A stretch of DNA of 64,000 nt, taken from NCBI GenBank assembly GCA_963781585.1, contig CAWAGQ010000004.1, positions 512,001 to 576,000 on the forward strand, in the 5' to 3' direction. Position 1 is the first letter of the stretch, and every line of letters starts with the position of its first letter. The notes below the pieces were generated by a model, which saw only the letters and a program-made list of their open reading frames with translations, did not search any database and had not been told where the DNA came from. Below are positions 35,622-45,726 of the stretch, piece by piece. The stretch comes from an uncultured Gemmatimonadaceae bacterium (lineage in GTDB: Bacteria; Gemmatimonadota; Gemmatimonadetes; Gemmatimonadales; Gemmatimonadaceae). A program made the translations under genes and the position numbers.

Positions 35622-35806
35622 CGGCGACGTGAGGACGAAACCAGACGGGCCCCCGTCGCGGACAGCCGGCACGGCGTGATCGCCGCCGGGGTCGCGGCGT
35701 GCTGCGGTCGCGGGATCACGAGCGACGGGTGCCGGAGTGGACGGGGGCGCGTTGAAGACCGGGCGGGGCGGCGCGACCCGCCGGTTCGCGGGCATCCCGC
35801 AACGCG

Positions 35807-36268
35807 ATGAAATTCCGTCTGATCGTCGTGGGTCGTTCCCGCGACCAGGGTCTGACGGCCGCGATCGGCGCGTTCGAGACGCGAGCGGCGCGCTACTGGC
35901 CGCTCGAGGTCGTCGCGCTGCGCGGCGAGCCGTCCCGGGCGGTGTCCGCCTCCGAGGCGCGACGCCGCGAAGGCGAACGGATCGCTGCCCATCTGCGCGC
36001 GCCAACTCTTGTCGCCTGCGACGAACGCGGAGAGCGTCTGGCCTCGATCCCGTTTGCCCGATGGTTGCAGCAGCTCCGTGAACGCGCTGCAGACGTGGAT
36101 CTGGTGATCGGTGGGGCCCACGGCCTGGACGACGCGATACGAGCGCGCGCCGCGCGACTGCTGGCGCTGGCGCCGTGGACGCTCTCCCACGAACTTGCGC
36201 GACTGGTGCTGGCCGAGCAGCTGTATCGCGCCGGGACGATCCTGCGCGGCGAGCCCTATCACAAGTGA
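35807..36268 (+). CDS. rlmH: 23S rRNA (pseudouridine1915-N3)-methyltransferase
   Basis: IGGAHGL, TLSHELARLVLAEQLYRA and C-terminal PYHK. Confidence 0.95.
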   Translation: MKFRLIVVGRSRDQGLTAAIGAFETRAARYWPLEVVALRGEPSRAVSASEARRREGERIAAHLRAPTLVACDERGERLASIPFARWLQQLRERAADVDLVIGGAHGLDDAIRARAARLLALAPWTLSHELARLVLAEQLYRAGTILRGEPYHK

Positions 36269-36284
36269 GTTATCTTCCCTGCCC

Positions 36285-37865
36285 ATGCCGGAGCCCGCGC
36301 CCCAGCTCGTGACGGAGCCCCTCGGTGGGCCGCCGCTGGCGCGGCGGGCCACCGAGGGGGCGTTGGCGTCGGAGTGGCTCGTTCGGGGGCCGGCGACCGG
36401 GGAGGAATGGCAGGCGCGGGGCGCCGACGTGCGGGCCAGCGTGCCGCCCGGATGGTTCGACGCGCTGGCCGGCGCTCTCGACACCGGCGGCGCCGCGCGC
36501 GACCGCCTAACGCGAGCGGCCGGAGGTGCTGGCGTGGTGGTGACCACCGGGCAGCAGCCGGGGCTGTTCGGGGGGCCGTTGTACACATGGGCGAAGGCCC
36601 TGTCGGCGCTGGCGCTGGCCAACGAACTGGAGGTGGCAACGGGCCGGCCGGTGGCGCCCGTGTTCTGGGCGGCCACGGATGACACCGACTTCCTCGAGTC
36701 CTCTTGGACGATGGTGTCGCTTCCCGGGGGCGCGCAACGCCTGGCGTTGCATCGCCAGGCGACGGATCGGCTCCCCCTCGCCGAGATTCCGCTGGGCGAT
36801 GTCTCGTCATTGGTGGCCGATCTGGAACGTGCCGCCGGATCGGCGGTCGACCCGCGCCCGCTGGATGCGGTGCGGCGCGCCTACCGCGCCGACGCCACCA
36901 TCGGGGGGGCGTACGTCGCGCTGCTGCGAGAGCTGCTCGAGCCATTGGGAATCGCCGTGCTCGATGCATCGCACCGTGACGTCGTGGCGGCGGCGCGCCC
37001 CCTGCTGGCTCGTGCCCTCGACCGGGCTGCCGGACTGGAGTCGGCCTTGCACGATCGTGGCGCGGCGATCCGGGCCGCCGGCTTCGAGCCGCAGGTTCCC
37101 GACGTCGCGGGCCTCTCCCTCGTGTTCGAGCGGAACGGCGCGTCCAAGCGGCGGGTCTCCGTGGGCCGGGCCCCGAGTGTGGCCGTCGACCCGGCGGCCG
37201 AAGGCCTGTCGCCTAACGTGCTGCTTCGGCCGGTGCTGGAGCGGACGCTGCTGCCGACGGTGGCCTATCTCGCCGGTCCGGGTGAGCTCGCCTACTTCGC
37301 GCAGGTCAGCGCCGTAGCCGATGTGCTGAACGTGCCCCGGCCGCTGGCACTGCCACGGTGGAGCGTCACCATCATCGAGCCGCATGTGGCGGAACTCCTG
37401 CAGCGTCATGGCGTGTCGCCCGAAGACTTCGCGGCGCCCGACGCCGTCGAGACGCGTCTGGCGCGGGCGCGCTGGCCGGAGCGCGGCGCGCGGGCGCTCG
37501 CCGACCTGCGCGCCGCGCTCACGGCGGGCGTGGAGAGCGTCCGCTCCGCGCTGGCGGGCGACGGCGACGTGAGGATGGCGCCGTCGACGGTCGACGCGAT
37601 CGAGCGCGGCGTGGAATGGCGGCTTTCCCGCTTCGAACGGCGCATGACAGCCGCCGTGAAACGACGCCAGTCGGAGATGATGACCGAGCTCGGTACGGTG
37701 CGGGGGGCACTCTACCCCGGAGGGATTCGTCAGGAACGCGCCCTCAATCTGATCCCGCTGCTGGCGCGCTACGGCCTCCCACTGCTCGACCGGATGACCG
37801 AGGCGGCGCGGGAGCACGCGCGAGGCCTGGTGACCGGTGAGGCGGCCGTACCGGCGCGTCGATGA
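36285..37865 (+). CDS. bshC: Bacillithiol biosynthesis cysteine-adding enzyme BshC
   Basis: VTTGQQPGLFGGPLYT..K, PVFWAATDD.D, SPNVLLRP, YLAGPGELAYFAQ and QER motifs. Confidence 0.88.
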   Translation: MPEPAPQLVTEPLGGPPLARRATEGALASEWLVRGPATGEEWQARGADVRASVPPGWFDALAGALDTGGAARDRLTRAAGGAGVVVTTGQQPGLFGGPLYTWAKALSALALANELEVATGRPVAPVFWAATDDTDFLESSWTMVSLPGGAQRLALHRQATDRLPLAEIPLGDVSSLVADLERAAGSAVDPRPLDAVRRAYRADATIGGAYVALLRELLEPLGIAVLDASHRDVVAAARPLLARALDRAAGLESALHDRGAAIRAAGFEPQVPDVAGLSLVFERNGASKRRVSVGRAPSVAVDPAAEGLSPNVLLRPVLERTLLPTVAYLAGPGELAYFAQVSAVADVLNVPRPLALPRWSVTIIEPHVAELLQRHGVSPEDFAAPDAVETRLARARWPERGARALADLRAALTAGVESVRSALAGDGDVRMAPSTVDAIERGVEWRLSRFERRMTAAVKRRQSEMMTELGTVRGALYPGGIRQERALNLIPLLARYGLPLLDRMTEAAREHARGLVTGEAAVPARR

Positions 37866-39490
37866 CCGACGGCTACACCGCGACGGACCAGGTCGATCCG
37901 GAAGGCTCGTCGCTTCCCTCAGGTGGGAAAGCGGCGTCATTGGTCGCCGCCGGGATCCTGCTGAGCCGGATCTTCGGACTCGTCAGGCAGCGCATCTTCG
38001 CCCAATACCTGGGTACCTCGGACATCACCGATGCCTTCAACGCGGCCTTCCGCATTCCGAACATCCTGCAGAACCTGTTTGGAGAGGGGGTGTTGTCGGC
38101 GTCCTTCATTCCGGTCTACGCGCGGCTCCGCAGTCGCGGCGACGACGCCGGGCGACGCGAGGTGGCCGGCGCGGTCCTGACGCTCCTGCTCCTGGCGACG
38201 TCCCTGCTGGTGCTCATCGGCATCGCCCTCGCGCCGGTGCTCGTCACGCTCATCGTGCCGTCGTGGAGCGGACCAAAGCGCGAGCTGACCGTGCGGCTCA
38301 TGCGCGTGTTGTTCCCGGGGGCCGCGCTGTTCGTGCTCGGCGCCTGGACGCTCGGCGTCCTCAACAGCCACGGGCGCTTCTTCCTGTCGTATGTGTCCGG
38401 CGTGTTCTGGAACCTGGCGATGATCGTCACGCTGCTCGTGTTCGGAGGGCACACCAACGACACGCGGCTCGTCTGGTTGCTGGCCTGGGGTTCGGTGGTC
38501 GGGGCGCTGCTGCAATTCGCCGTGCAGGTGCCTTCGGCGCGGGCGCTGCTCGGGGCATTCCGACTGCATTGGGGACGCCACTCGTCCCACGTGAAGACCG
38601 TAGTGCGCAACTTCGTCCCGGTGTTCCTGGGGCGGGGCGTGACGAGCATCAGCGGGTACTCCGACGCGTTCCTCGCCGGTTTCCTGGGCGAGGGCGCGAT
38701 CACCGCGCTGACATACGCACAGGTGATCTACATGCTGCCGATAAGCCTGTTCGGCATGGCGGTGTCAGCGGCCGAACTGCCCGCGATGTCCAGCGTGGCC
38801 GGGCTCCAGGGCGACGTGACGCGCGTGCTGCGCGCGCGGGTGGAAACGGCGCTGGCCCGGATCGCGTTCTTCGTCGTGCCGTCGGCCACGGGCTTTCTGA
38901 CGCTCGGGGACGAAGTGGCCGGCTTTATCTATCGAGGCGGGCGCTTTGGAGCGGCCGAGGCGCGGTGGGTCTGGGCCGTTCTCGCGGGAGCGGCCGTTGG
39001 ACTGGTGGCGTCCGGGTTGGGGAGGCTCTATTCGTCAGCCTTCTACGCCCTCCACGACGCGCGCACGCCGCTTCGGTTTGCGGCGGCACGCGTGACGATC
39101 TCCATTGCGCTCGGCGCCACGCTGTCGTTGCTCGGCCCACGCGCATTGGGGATCGATGTGCAATGGGGTGTGGCCGGCATCACGCTGGCTTCCGGACTGG
39201 CGGGATGGGTCGAGTTCACGCTGCTTCGGCGCGCGCTGACGCGGCGAATCGGCATGGCCGCGCTCTCGTGGCGCGGCCTGGGTATGCTGTGGGCCGGCGC
39301 GGCGACGGCCGCCGCGGTGTCGTTCGCGGCCCGCTGGCTTCCGCTGCATGTGCCTGCCATGGTGCGCTCGGCGCTGCTCATCGCCCTCTTCACCGTCGTG
39401 TACCTGATGGTCACCTGGTGGCTCGGTGTTCCCGAAGCGCGCCAGCTGGGACAGCGGGTTCGCCGGATCGCCGGAGCCAGGAGACGTTGA
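37862..39490 (+). CDS. murJ: Lipid II flippase MurJ (MviN)
   Basis: SRIFGLVR, DAFNAAFRIPN..LFGEG.LSASFIP; many TM helices. Confidence 0.95.
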   Translation: MTDGYTATDQVDPEGSSLPSGGKAASLVAAGILLSRIFGLVRQRIFAQYLGTSDITDAFNAAFRIPNILQNLFGEGVLSASFIPVYARLRSRGDDAGRREVAGAVLTLLLLATSLLVLIGIALAPVLVTLIVPSWSGPKRELTVRLMRVLFPGAALFVLGAWTLGVLNSHGRFFLSYVSGVFWNLAMIVTLLVFGGHTNDTRLVWLLAWGSVVGALLQFAVQVPSARALLGAFRLHWGRHSSHVKTVVRNFVPVFLGRGVTSISGYSDAFLAGFLGEGAITALTYAQVIYMLPISLFGMAVSAAELPAMSSVAGLQGDVTRVLRARVETALARIAFFVVPSATGFLTLGDEVAGFIYRGGRFGAAEARWVWAVLAGAAVGLVASGLGRLYSSAFYALHDARTPLRFAAARVTISIALGATLSLLGPRALGIDVQWGVAGITLASGLAGWVEFTLLRRALTRRIGMAALSWRGLGMLWAGAATAAAVSFAARWLPLHVPAMVRSALLIALFTVVYLMVTWWLGVPEARQLGQRVRRIAGARRR

Positions 39491-39639
39491 TGCGCCGAGG
39501 CTGCGCTTTCGCGGCCTCGTAGCGGCGTGCCGTGCGCCGCTCCGATCCGGCAAGCGATCGCCGGGCATCCACCGTTCGGCCACCCGCCCCGGACCCGGCG
39601 CGGGCCGCCGCCATCTCCGACGCGCACGTAAATTTCATC

Positions 39640-41547
39640 ATGCGTGCGATTCCCGAGTCCGTGGAAACCAAGCTCCGGCACCTTCCGGAGTCGCCCGGCG
39701 TGTATCTGTGGAAGGACCGCGAGAGTCGCGTGCTCTATGTGGGGAAAGCAAAACGTCTGCGCTCGCGAGTGCGCAGTTACTTCACCGCCGATCAGGAGGG
39801 TAGCGTCAAGACCGAGGCGCTCGTACGCCTCGTGTGCGATGTCGACACCATTGTGGTGCCGAGTGAGGCCCACGCACTCATTCTCGAGAACAATCTCATC
39901 AAGGAATACCGGCCGCGCTTCAACATCCAGCTGCGCGACGACAAGTCATACCCATACATCAAAGTGACCGTCCAGGAGCCGTTCCCCCGCGTGATCGTCA
40001 CCCGCCAATTCGTGGGCGACGGCGCGCGGTACTTCGGTCCGTATACCGATGTCGGTGCCATGCGTCGCGCGCTCAACGTGGTGCGGCGCATTTTTACCGT
40101 GCGATCCTGCCACTACGCGTTGCCCGGTGATGCGCCAGAGCGCCCGTGTCTCGATTACCACATTGGGCGCTGCATGGCGCCCTGCGTCGGTCTGCAAACC
40201 AGCGCCGACTACCGGGCGATGATCGACGAAGTAGTGCTGTTTCTCGACGGCCGGACGGACGAGGTCGTGCGCCGAGTCCGCGAGCGCATGGAATCCGCTT
40301 CGCAACGGCTGGACTTCGAGCGTGCCGCGAAGCTCCGCGACGCGTTGGTGCACCTGGAACGAATGGAAGAACCGACCGTGGTGCTGCAGGTGGAAGGCGG
40401 CGACCGCGACGTCATCGGTCTCGCGAGAGACGGTGACGACGCCTGCCTGACGATCCTCCGGATTCGCGGCGGCAAGCTCCTTGCGAGAGACCAGCGGTTC
40501 CTGCAGTTCGTGGAAGGCGAGAGCGAGGCAGACATTCTCTCGGCGTTTCTGGTTCGCGGCTACCTGACCGACTCCGATCGTGCCCCGGAACTCCTCGTTC
40601 CCCTGGATTTCGACGACCGGGCACTGATCGAGACTTCCCTGCGGCCCACGACGATCAGGATCCCGCAACGAGGGCCGCGACGAGAGCTGGTGGATCTCGC
40701 CGAGCAGAACGCCCGCCACCTGCTGGAAGAGTTCAAGCTCGCGTCATCGGAAGCGGAGGAGCGGGCCAGCAACCCGGTGTACGAGTTGCAGCGCGAGCTG
40801 GGGCTCCAGCGCGTTCCGCGAAGTCTGGTGTGCTTCGACATCTCCACCGCGCACGGGACGGATACCGTGGGATCCTGCGTCTGGTTCGAGAACGGCCGTC
40901 CGAAACGGTCCGAATACCGCAAGTACAAGGTGCGCACAGTGGAAGGCGCGGATGATTTTGCCGCAATGCGCGAGGTGGTGGAGCGGTACTTCCGTCGCCG
41001 GATCGACGAGAAGCAGTCGCTGCCCGACCTGATCGTCGTGGATGGGGGCAGGGGGCAGCTCTCGGCCGCCCTCGAAGCCCTCACTGCGGTCGGGCTGGAG
41101 GAGCGGCCCCTGGCGAGCCTCGCCAAGCGCGAAGAAGAGGTCTTTGTTCCGGGGCGCAGCGACTCACTCCGGCTCCCGCGGCGCTCGCCGGCGCTCCGAC
41201 TGCTCCAGCAGGCGCGCGACGAGGCCCACCGATTCGCCGTGACTTTCAATCGCGCGCGGAGAAGCACTCGGACGCTCACGTCGAAACTGCTCGAGATCCC
41301 TGGCATCGGCCCAAAGAAGCGACGGGCCCTTCTCAGCGCGTTCGGGAGTCTGGCGGGCGTGCGGGGAGCCGATCCGGATGCCATCGCGGCGCTACCGGGA
41401 TTCTCACACACGAGCGCCCAGCGGCTTCTCAACGTGTTGCATTCATCCGACCGCGTCGCACCGGCCGATCACGAAAGCGGCTCGCCGCCGTCGAGCGACG
41501 AAGCCGCTCAATCCTTCGCAGCCCAGTCGGAGACCGAAGAACAGTGA
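39640..41547 (+). CDS. uvrC: Excinuclease ABC subunit C
   Basis: GIY-YIG (PGVYL...LYVGKAK), UVR domain, FDIS, DGGRGQL, RDEAHRFA and HhH. Start ATG 39640. Confidence 0.96.
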   Translation: MRAIPESVETKLRHLPESPGVYLWKDRESRVLYVGKAKRLRSRVRSYFTADQEGSVKTEALVRLVCDVDTIVVPSEAHALILENNLIKEYRPRFNIQLRDDKSYPYIKVTVQEPFPRVIVTRQFVGDGARYFGPYTDVGAMRRALNVVRRIFTVRSCHYALPGDAPERPCLDYHIGRCMAPCVGLQTSADYRAMIDEVVLFLDGRTDEVVRRVRERMESASQRLDFERAAKLRDALVHLERMEEPTVVLQVEGGDRDVIGLARDGDDACLTILRIRGGKLLARDQRFLQFVEGESEADILSAFLVRGYLTDSDRAPELLVPLDFDDRALIETSLRPTTIRIPQRGPRRELVDLAEQNARHLLEEFKLASSEAEERASNPVYELQRELGLQRVPRSLVCFDISTAHGTDTVGSCVWFENGRPKRSEYRKYKVRTVEGADDFAAMREVVERYFRRRIDEKQSLPDLIVVDGGRGQLSAALEALTAVGLEERPLASLAKREEEVFVPGRSDSLRLPRRSPALRLLQQARDEAHRFAVTFNRARRSTRTLTSKLLEIPGIGPKKRRALLSAFGSLAGVRGADPDAIAALPGFSHTSAQRLLNVLHSSDRVAPADHESGSPPSSDEAAQSFAAQSETEEQ

Positions 41548-42689
41548 CCACGTGGACCCTCGTCTGCTCGTCGTGTGACCATGAGGAGCGGCAGGACGCT
41601 CCCATGGGTCTCTGCCCCAAGTGCGGCCAGCCCTTTCTGGCACGATTCACGTCGCCGGCGCCGTCGCGCGATGCCATTCTGCCGCGGTGGGACATGTGGC
41701 GGTATGCAAATTCGCTTCCTCTCAAGGACGGAGAGGCTCCTGTTTCTCTCGGCGAAGGTGCCACACCGTTGATCGAACTTCCCCAGTTGGCTCGCGAGCT
41801 GGGAGTGCGCAGGCTCTGGGTCAAGGACGAGGGGGTCAACCCCACTGCCTCGTTCAAGGCGCGCGGGCTCAGCGCCGCGGTCACGCGCGCGAAGGCCAGA
41901 GGGGTCCCGGGACTCGTTGTGCCAACGGCGGGAAATGCCGGTGCGGCGCTGGCGGCGTACGGCGCAGCCGCGGGGCTTCCGGTGCACGTTTTTGCGCCGG
42001 CGACCACACCGCGGCCCATCCTCGACACGATTCGCGCCATGGGAGTGGAGCTGACGACGGTCGACGGACACATCGGTGACGCGGGAAGACTGTCGGTCCA
42101 GTTCGCAACGGAAAGCGGCTACTTCAACGTCGCGACGCTGCGCGAGCCGTATCGCGCGGAAGGGAACAAGTCCCTGGGCCTCGAACTCGCCGAGCAACTG
42201 GGCTGGCGCCTTCCGGATGTCGTCGTCTACCCCACCGGTGGTGGTGAAGGAGTGATTGGCATGTGGAAGGCGTTCGGCGAGATGCAGGAATGGGGCTGGC
42301 TGGATCGTGCAGTGCCGTTGCCGAGGATCGTAGTGGCGCAGGCGGCGGGATGCGCGCCACTGGTGCGTGCGCTCCGCGACGGGGCGGACCGAGCGACGCC
42401 TTGGGAGAATCCCTCGACCCATGCGGCTGGGTTGCGGGTTCCCGGCCCGCTGGGCGATCGGCTGGTTTTGCGCGCCATTCGGGCGACGCAGGGCGACGCA
42501 GAGAGTGCCGACGAGGATGAGATTCGAGGGACGACGATGCACTTGGCGGCGATGTCTGGAATCGATGCAGCTCCCGAGGGCGGGTGTGCCCTGGCGGTCG
42601 CCCGGCGCCTGGCAAAAGAGGGGCGCATTCCTGGTAACGCCGAGGTGGTCGTGTACAACACCGGGAGCGGTGCGTCGTATCGCTCGTAG
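41544..42689 (+). CDS. thrC: Threonine synthase (fold-type II PLP enzyme with N-terminal zinc ribbon)
   Basis: CSSC..CPKC, SLGEGATP, NPTASFKARG and PTGGG motifs. Confidence 0.85.
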   Translation: MTTWTLVCSSCDHEERQDAPMGLCPKCGQPFLARFTSPAPSRDAILPRWDMWRYANSLPLKDGEAPVSLGEGATPLIELPQLARELGVRRLWVKDEGVNPTASFKARGLSAAVTRAKARGVPGLVVPTAGNAGAALAAYGAAAGLPVHVFAPATTPRPILDTIRAMGVELTTVDGHIGDAGRLSVQFATESGYFNVATLREPYRAEGNKSLGLELAEQLGWRLPDVVVYPTGGGEGVIGMWKAFGEMQEWGWLDRAVPLPRIVVAQAAGCAPLVRALRDGADRATPWENPSTHAAGLRVPGPLGDRLVLRAIRATQGDAESADEDEIRGTTMHLAAMSGIDAAPEGGCALAVARRLAKEGRIPGNAEVVVYNTGSGASYRS

Positions 42690-42743
42690 CTGGAAGACGA
42701 TAGGCTGGCACCGGAGCGGCGGAACACTATAGTTTTAGGAGCC

Positions 42744-43916
42744 GTGCCGATCGCCATTCTCGATCCATTCAGCGGCATCTCGGGAGACATGACCCTTGGT
42801 GCCTTGGTTGCCGTTGGACTCGATCCCGAATGGCTTCGGGCCCTGCCGGGTCGCCTCGGACTGAACGACGTCGCGGTAGAAATCTCCACGGTGCGAAAAA
42901 ACGAACTTTCGTGCACGAAGGTGGACTTCCGGATTCCCCTGCAACCTCACGGGAGGCATCTCCAGGAGATTCGCGCACTGGTGCAGGCCACGTCGGCCCC
43001 GGAGGGAGTGAAGGAGGTGGCAGTTCGCGCGTTTGCTGCGATTGCCGAGGCCGAGGGGGCGATTCACGGTGTGGCGGCCGAGCGCGTTCATCTGCATGAA
43101 GTGGGAGCGGTGGATGCGATCCTCGACGTCATGGGCGCGGTGTGGGGGCTGAGCGAACTGGCGGTCTCGCGCGTTTACTGTGGGACAATTTCTCTGGGAG
43201 ATGGCTTCGTACACGCTGCACACGGAATTCTGCCGGTGCCCGCTCCGGCGACCCTGAAGCTGCTCGAGGGAATGGCGGTTCGGCCCGGCCCGGAAGGCGC
43301 GGGTGAGCTGGTGACGCCCACCGGGGCGGCACTGGCTCGCGTGCTATCGCTCGGTGCGCCCCCCGGGCGGTTCGTGGTGCGACGGAGCGGCTACGGAGCG
43401 GGGACGAAGGACCTTCCGGGGCGAGCGAATGCCCTGCGCCTCATCCTGGCGGAATCGGAGCCGTCGCGGGACGGGGAGATCGAGGATCTGACGATGCTCG
43501 CCACCGACGTGGACGATATGACCGCGGAACACCTGGCCGATGCCGCGGAGCTGCTGCGACGGCACGGGGCGCTCGACGTGACCACCTGGGCCGTACAAAT
43601 GAAGAAGGGTCGGCTCGGAGCGCGTCTCGAGGTGCTGTGCCGGGAGCCGAATGTGGCAGACCTGGAGGCGCTCCTGTTCTCGTCCACCACGACCATCGGC
43701 GTTAGGCGTACGGCAGTGATGCGCCGGGCGCTGCTCCGTGAAGAGCGCCGCGTCACCGTGCTGGGTCACACGGTTCGCGTCAAGACTGCCACCCTTCCCG
43801 ACGGTGCGCTTCGCAGCAAGGCCGAGTTCGACGACCTGCGCGCCGTTGCGCAGGCCACCGGTCGCGCGCTTGCCGATATCGCTTCGCTTGCCCTCGCCGA
43901 GGCGGAACGTGCCTAA
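42744..43916 (+). CDS. larC: Nickel pincer cofactor biosynthesis protein LarC
   Basis: GISGDM.LGAL, HLHEVGAVDAI.D, PVPAPAT, GELVTPTGAA, MKKGR and TTTIGVR; SD AGGAG before GTG. Confidence 0.92.
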   Translation: MPIAILDPFSGISGDMTLGALVAVGLDPEWLRALPGRLGLNDVAVEISTVRKNELSCTKVDFRIPLQPHGRHLQEIRALVQATSAPEGVKEVAVRAFAAIAEAEGAIHGVAAERVHLHEVGAVDAILDVMGAVWGLSELAVSRVYCGTISLGDGFVHAAHGILPVPAPATLKLLEGMAVRPGPEGAGELVTPTGAALARVLSLGAPPGRFVVRRSGYGAGTKDLPGRANALRLILAESEPSRDGEIEDLTMLATDVDDMTAEHLADAAELLRRHGALDVTTWAVQMKKGRLGARLEVLCREPNVADLEALLFSSTTTIGVRRTAVMRRALLREERRVTVLGHTVRVKTATLPDGALRSKAEFDDLRAVAQATGRALADIASLALAEAERA

Positions 43917-43976
43917 CCGCCTCGGGTACCCCACTACCGCTGTCAACTGGCGCTGCCTCACCCTCAGGAGAACGTC

Positions 43977-45506
43977 ATGAAGTCTCTTCAGGCAATCCCC
44001 CTCATCGCTCTGCTCATCGCGGCGTCCCCGGGACCCGCCGCGGCGCAAGAGGAATGCAAGATCGACTACGGCCGCCCCGGACAGGTGAAGGACGCCGAAG
44101 GCGCGCTCAAGCGCTTCGAGCTCCTCGGCCAGCCCGAAGACAAGCGGAAGAATTTCATCAAGGCCGTGACGTCGCTGACCAAGGATCCGGAGAAGGTCAA
44201 GAGCAACCCGAATGCCGCGAACATGCTGCTCGGACGGGCGCTGGTAGATCTGGCGCTGCTCCCCGACCAGTCGCCCACGGCGAAGGGCGCGGAGATCGGG
44301 TACCTCTCGGATTCGGCGGCGACGATCGACCTGCTCGCGCGGGCCGACTCGGCCTTCGATGCTGTGGAAGCGGCAATACCGGCGTGCAAGGACGAAACCG
44401 AGGAACCCCGCCGCCGCGCTTACGCGGCGATCGTCAATGAGGCCGTCAACACCTACAATGGCCAGCAACTGGACTCGGCCTTCGTCCTCACCAAGCGCGC
44501 CCTGATGCTGTACGACGGTTACAAGCTCTCGTATATCGCGTACAACATTCTGGGCAACGTGCAGCAGTCCAAGGACGATTATCCCGCGGCGATCCAGTCG
44601 TTCCGGAAGATGGTGGACCTGACCAAGGGTGATACCTCGTTGGTGGACGAGCGCAAGAACACGGTGATGCTCGTTGCGCAACTCATGACGCTGCAGGCTC
44701 AGTCGCTCGAAGCGGACGCGCGGAAGAAGATGCTGCAGGACGAGGTGGCCTTCCTGCAGGACTTCCAGAAAGATGGTCCGGACGACCCCAAGCTCCAGTC
44801 GGCGATCTCGCGGGCGCAGTTGATGTCGGGCGACGAGGAGGCGGCCCGGCAGCTGTTCAACGACATGCTCACCAATCCGGACAAGTACTCGGACCAGCAG
44901 CTGCTGGAGGCCGGGGTGGGCGCCTTTCAGGCGGATAAGAACGACGTTGCCGCAACCCTCTTCGAGGCCGGGCTGAAGAAGAACCCGTACTCCCGGGACG
45001 GGCTCTTCAACCTCGCCGCCACCTACGACGCGCTCGGTCAGCTCGACAAGATGCCGCCCGTACTCGAGCGGCTCGTGGCGGTGGATCCGGCCAACCCGGA
45101 GAACTACAAACTCTGGGCGCGATACTGGCAGGCGCGCGCCAAGGACTTGAAGGCCGAGCGCGACAAGCCGGGGGGGAACACGGAGGCCGCCACAAAGGCC
45201 TGGGACGACGCGAACAAGGAACTGATGGAGACCTACACCAAGTTCAGCGATGCGACCGTCAAGGTGACCTTCAACCTGTTCTCGCACGACAACGGCAACC
45301 ACGTGCTCGGCGGCACCGTCGAGAACCTGTCCGACCAGGACAAGAATTACACCCTCAAGTTCGAGTTTCTGGATGCGTCCGGAACGGTGCTGGACACGCA
45401 GGAGGTGTCGGTACAGGGCGTCGCGGCCAAGGGACAGAAGTCGTTCAAGGTCGAGGTCAGCGGGAAGCCGGGTGTGATCGCCTTCAGATACGGCCCCATT
45501 GCCTGA
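43977..45506 (+). CDS. Exported tetratricopeptide-repeat protein with C-terminal FxLYD-like domain
   Basis: Signal peptide (AAA-Q), TPR-like helices, C-terminal GTVEN...FEFLDASG; SD AGGAG. Confidence 0.8.
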   Translation: MKSLQAIPLIALLIAASPGPAAAQEECKIDYGRPGQVKDAEGALKRFELLGQPEDKRKNFIKAVTSLTKDPEKVKSNPNAANMLLGRALVDLALLPDQSPTAKGAEIGYLSDSAATIDLLARADSAFDAVEAAIPACKDETEEPRRRAYAAIVNEAVNTYNGQQLDSAFVLTKRALMLYDGYKLSYIAYNILGNVQQSKDDYPAAIQSFRKMVDLTKGDTSLVDERKNTVMLVAQLMTLQAQSLEADARKKMLQDEVAFLQDFQKDGPDDPKLQSAISRAQLMSGDEEAARQLFNDMLTNPDKYSDQQLLEAGVGAFQADKNDVAATLFEAGLKKNPYSRDGLFNLAATYDALGQLDKMPPVLERLVAVDPANPENYKLWARYWQARAKDLKAERDKPGGNTEAATKAWDDANKELMETYTKFSDATVKVTFNLFSHDNGNHVLGGTVENLSDQDKNYTLKFEFLDASGTVLDTQEVSVQGVAAKGQKSFKVEVSGKPGVIAFRYGPIA

Positions 45507-45530
45507 CCGGCAGCTGCACGGCTGTGGATG

Positions 45531-45567
45531 AAGCGGCGCCGCCATTCGACGGCGCCGCTTTCGTTTC
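45531..45567 (+). terminator. Rho-independent terminator
   Basis: AAGCGGCGCCG...CGGCGCCGCTT 11-bp stem followed by TCGTTTC, downstream of the TPR gene. Confidence 0.8.
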
Positions 45568-45609
45568 ACAACTCTACTGAGGTGAGCTGGTCAAAGTGCT
45601 TCTCATTGC

Positions 45610-45638
45610 TTGATTTCGAGGACGGCCGCTGCTAATTT
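45610..45638 (+). promoter_or_regulatory. Sigma70-type promoter of the DUF512-der-plsY-gpsA operon
   Basis: TTGATT, 17-bp spacer, TGc-TAATTT (extended -10). Confidence 0.55.
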
Positions 45639-45726
45639 GGTTGAACCTCGCGCCGGATCGGTGCGCCGCATCGCTGGGGGAAGCTCGCCAAGGCGATCTT
45701 CCCCCGTTTCGACTCTCTCAGGGTGC

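Noticed and set aside
35629..35641. GTGAGGACGAAAC, identical to the 3' half of a hammerhead ribozyme core
   Set aside because: The required upstream CTGANGA and the GTCC strand of stem II are absent.
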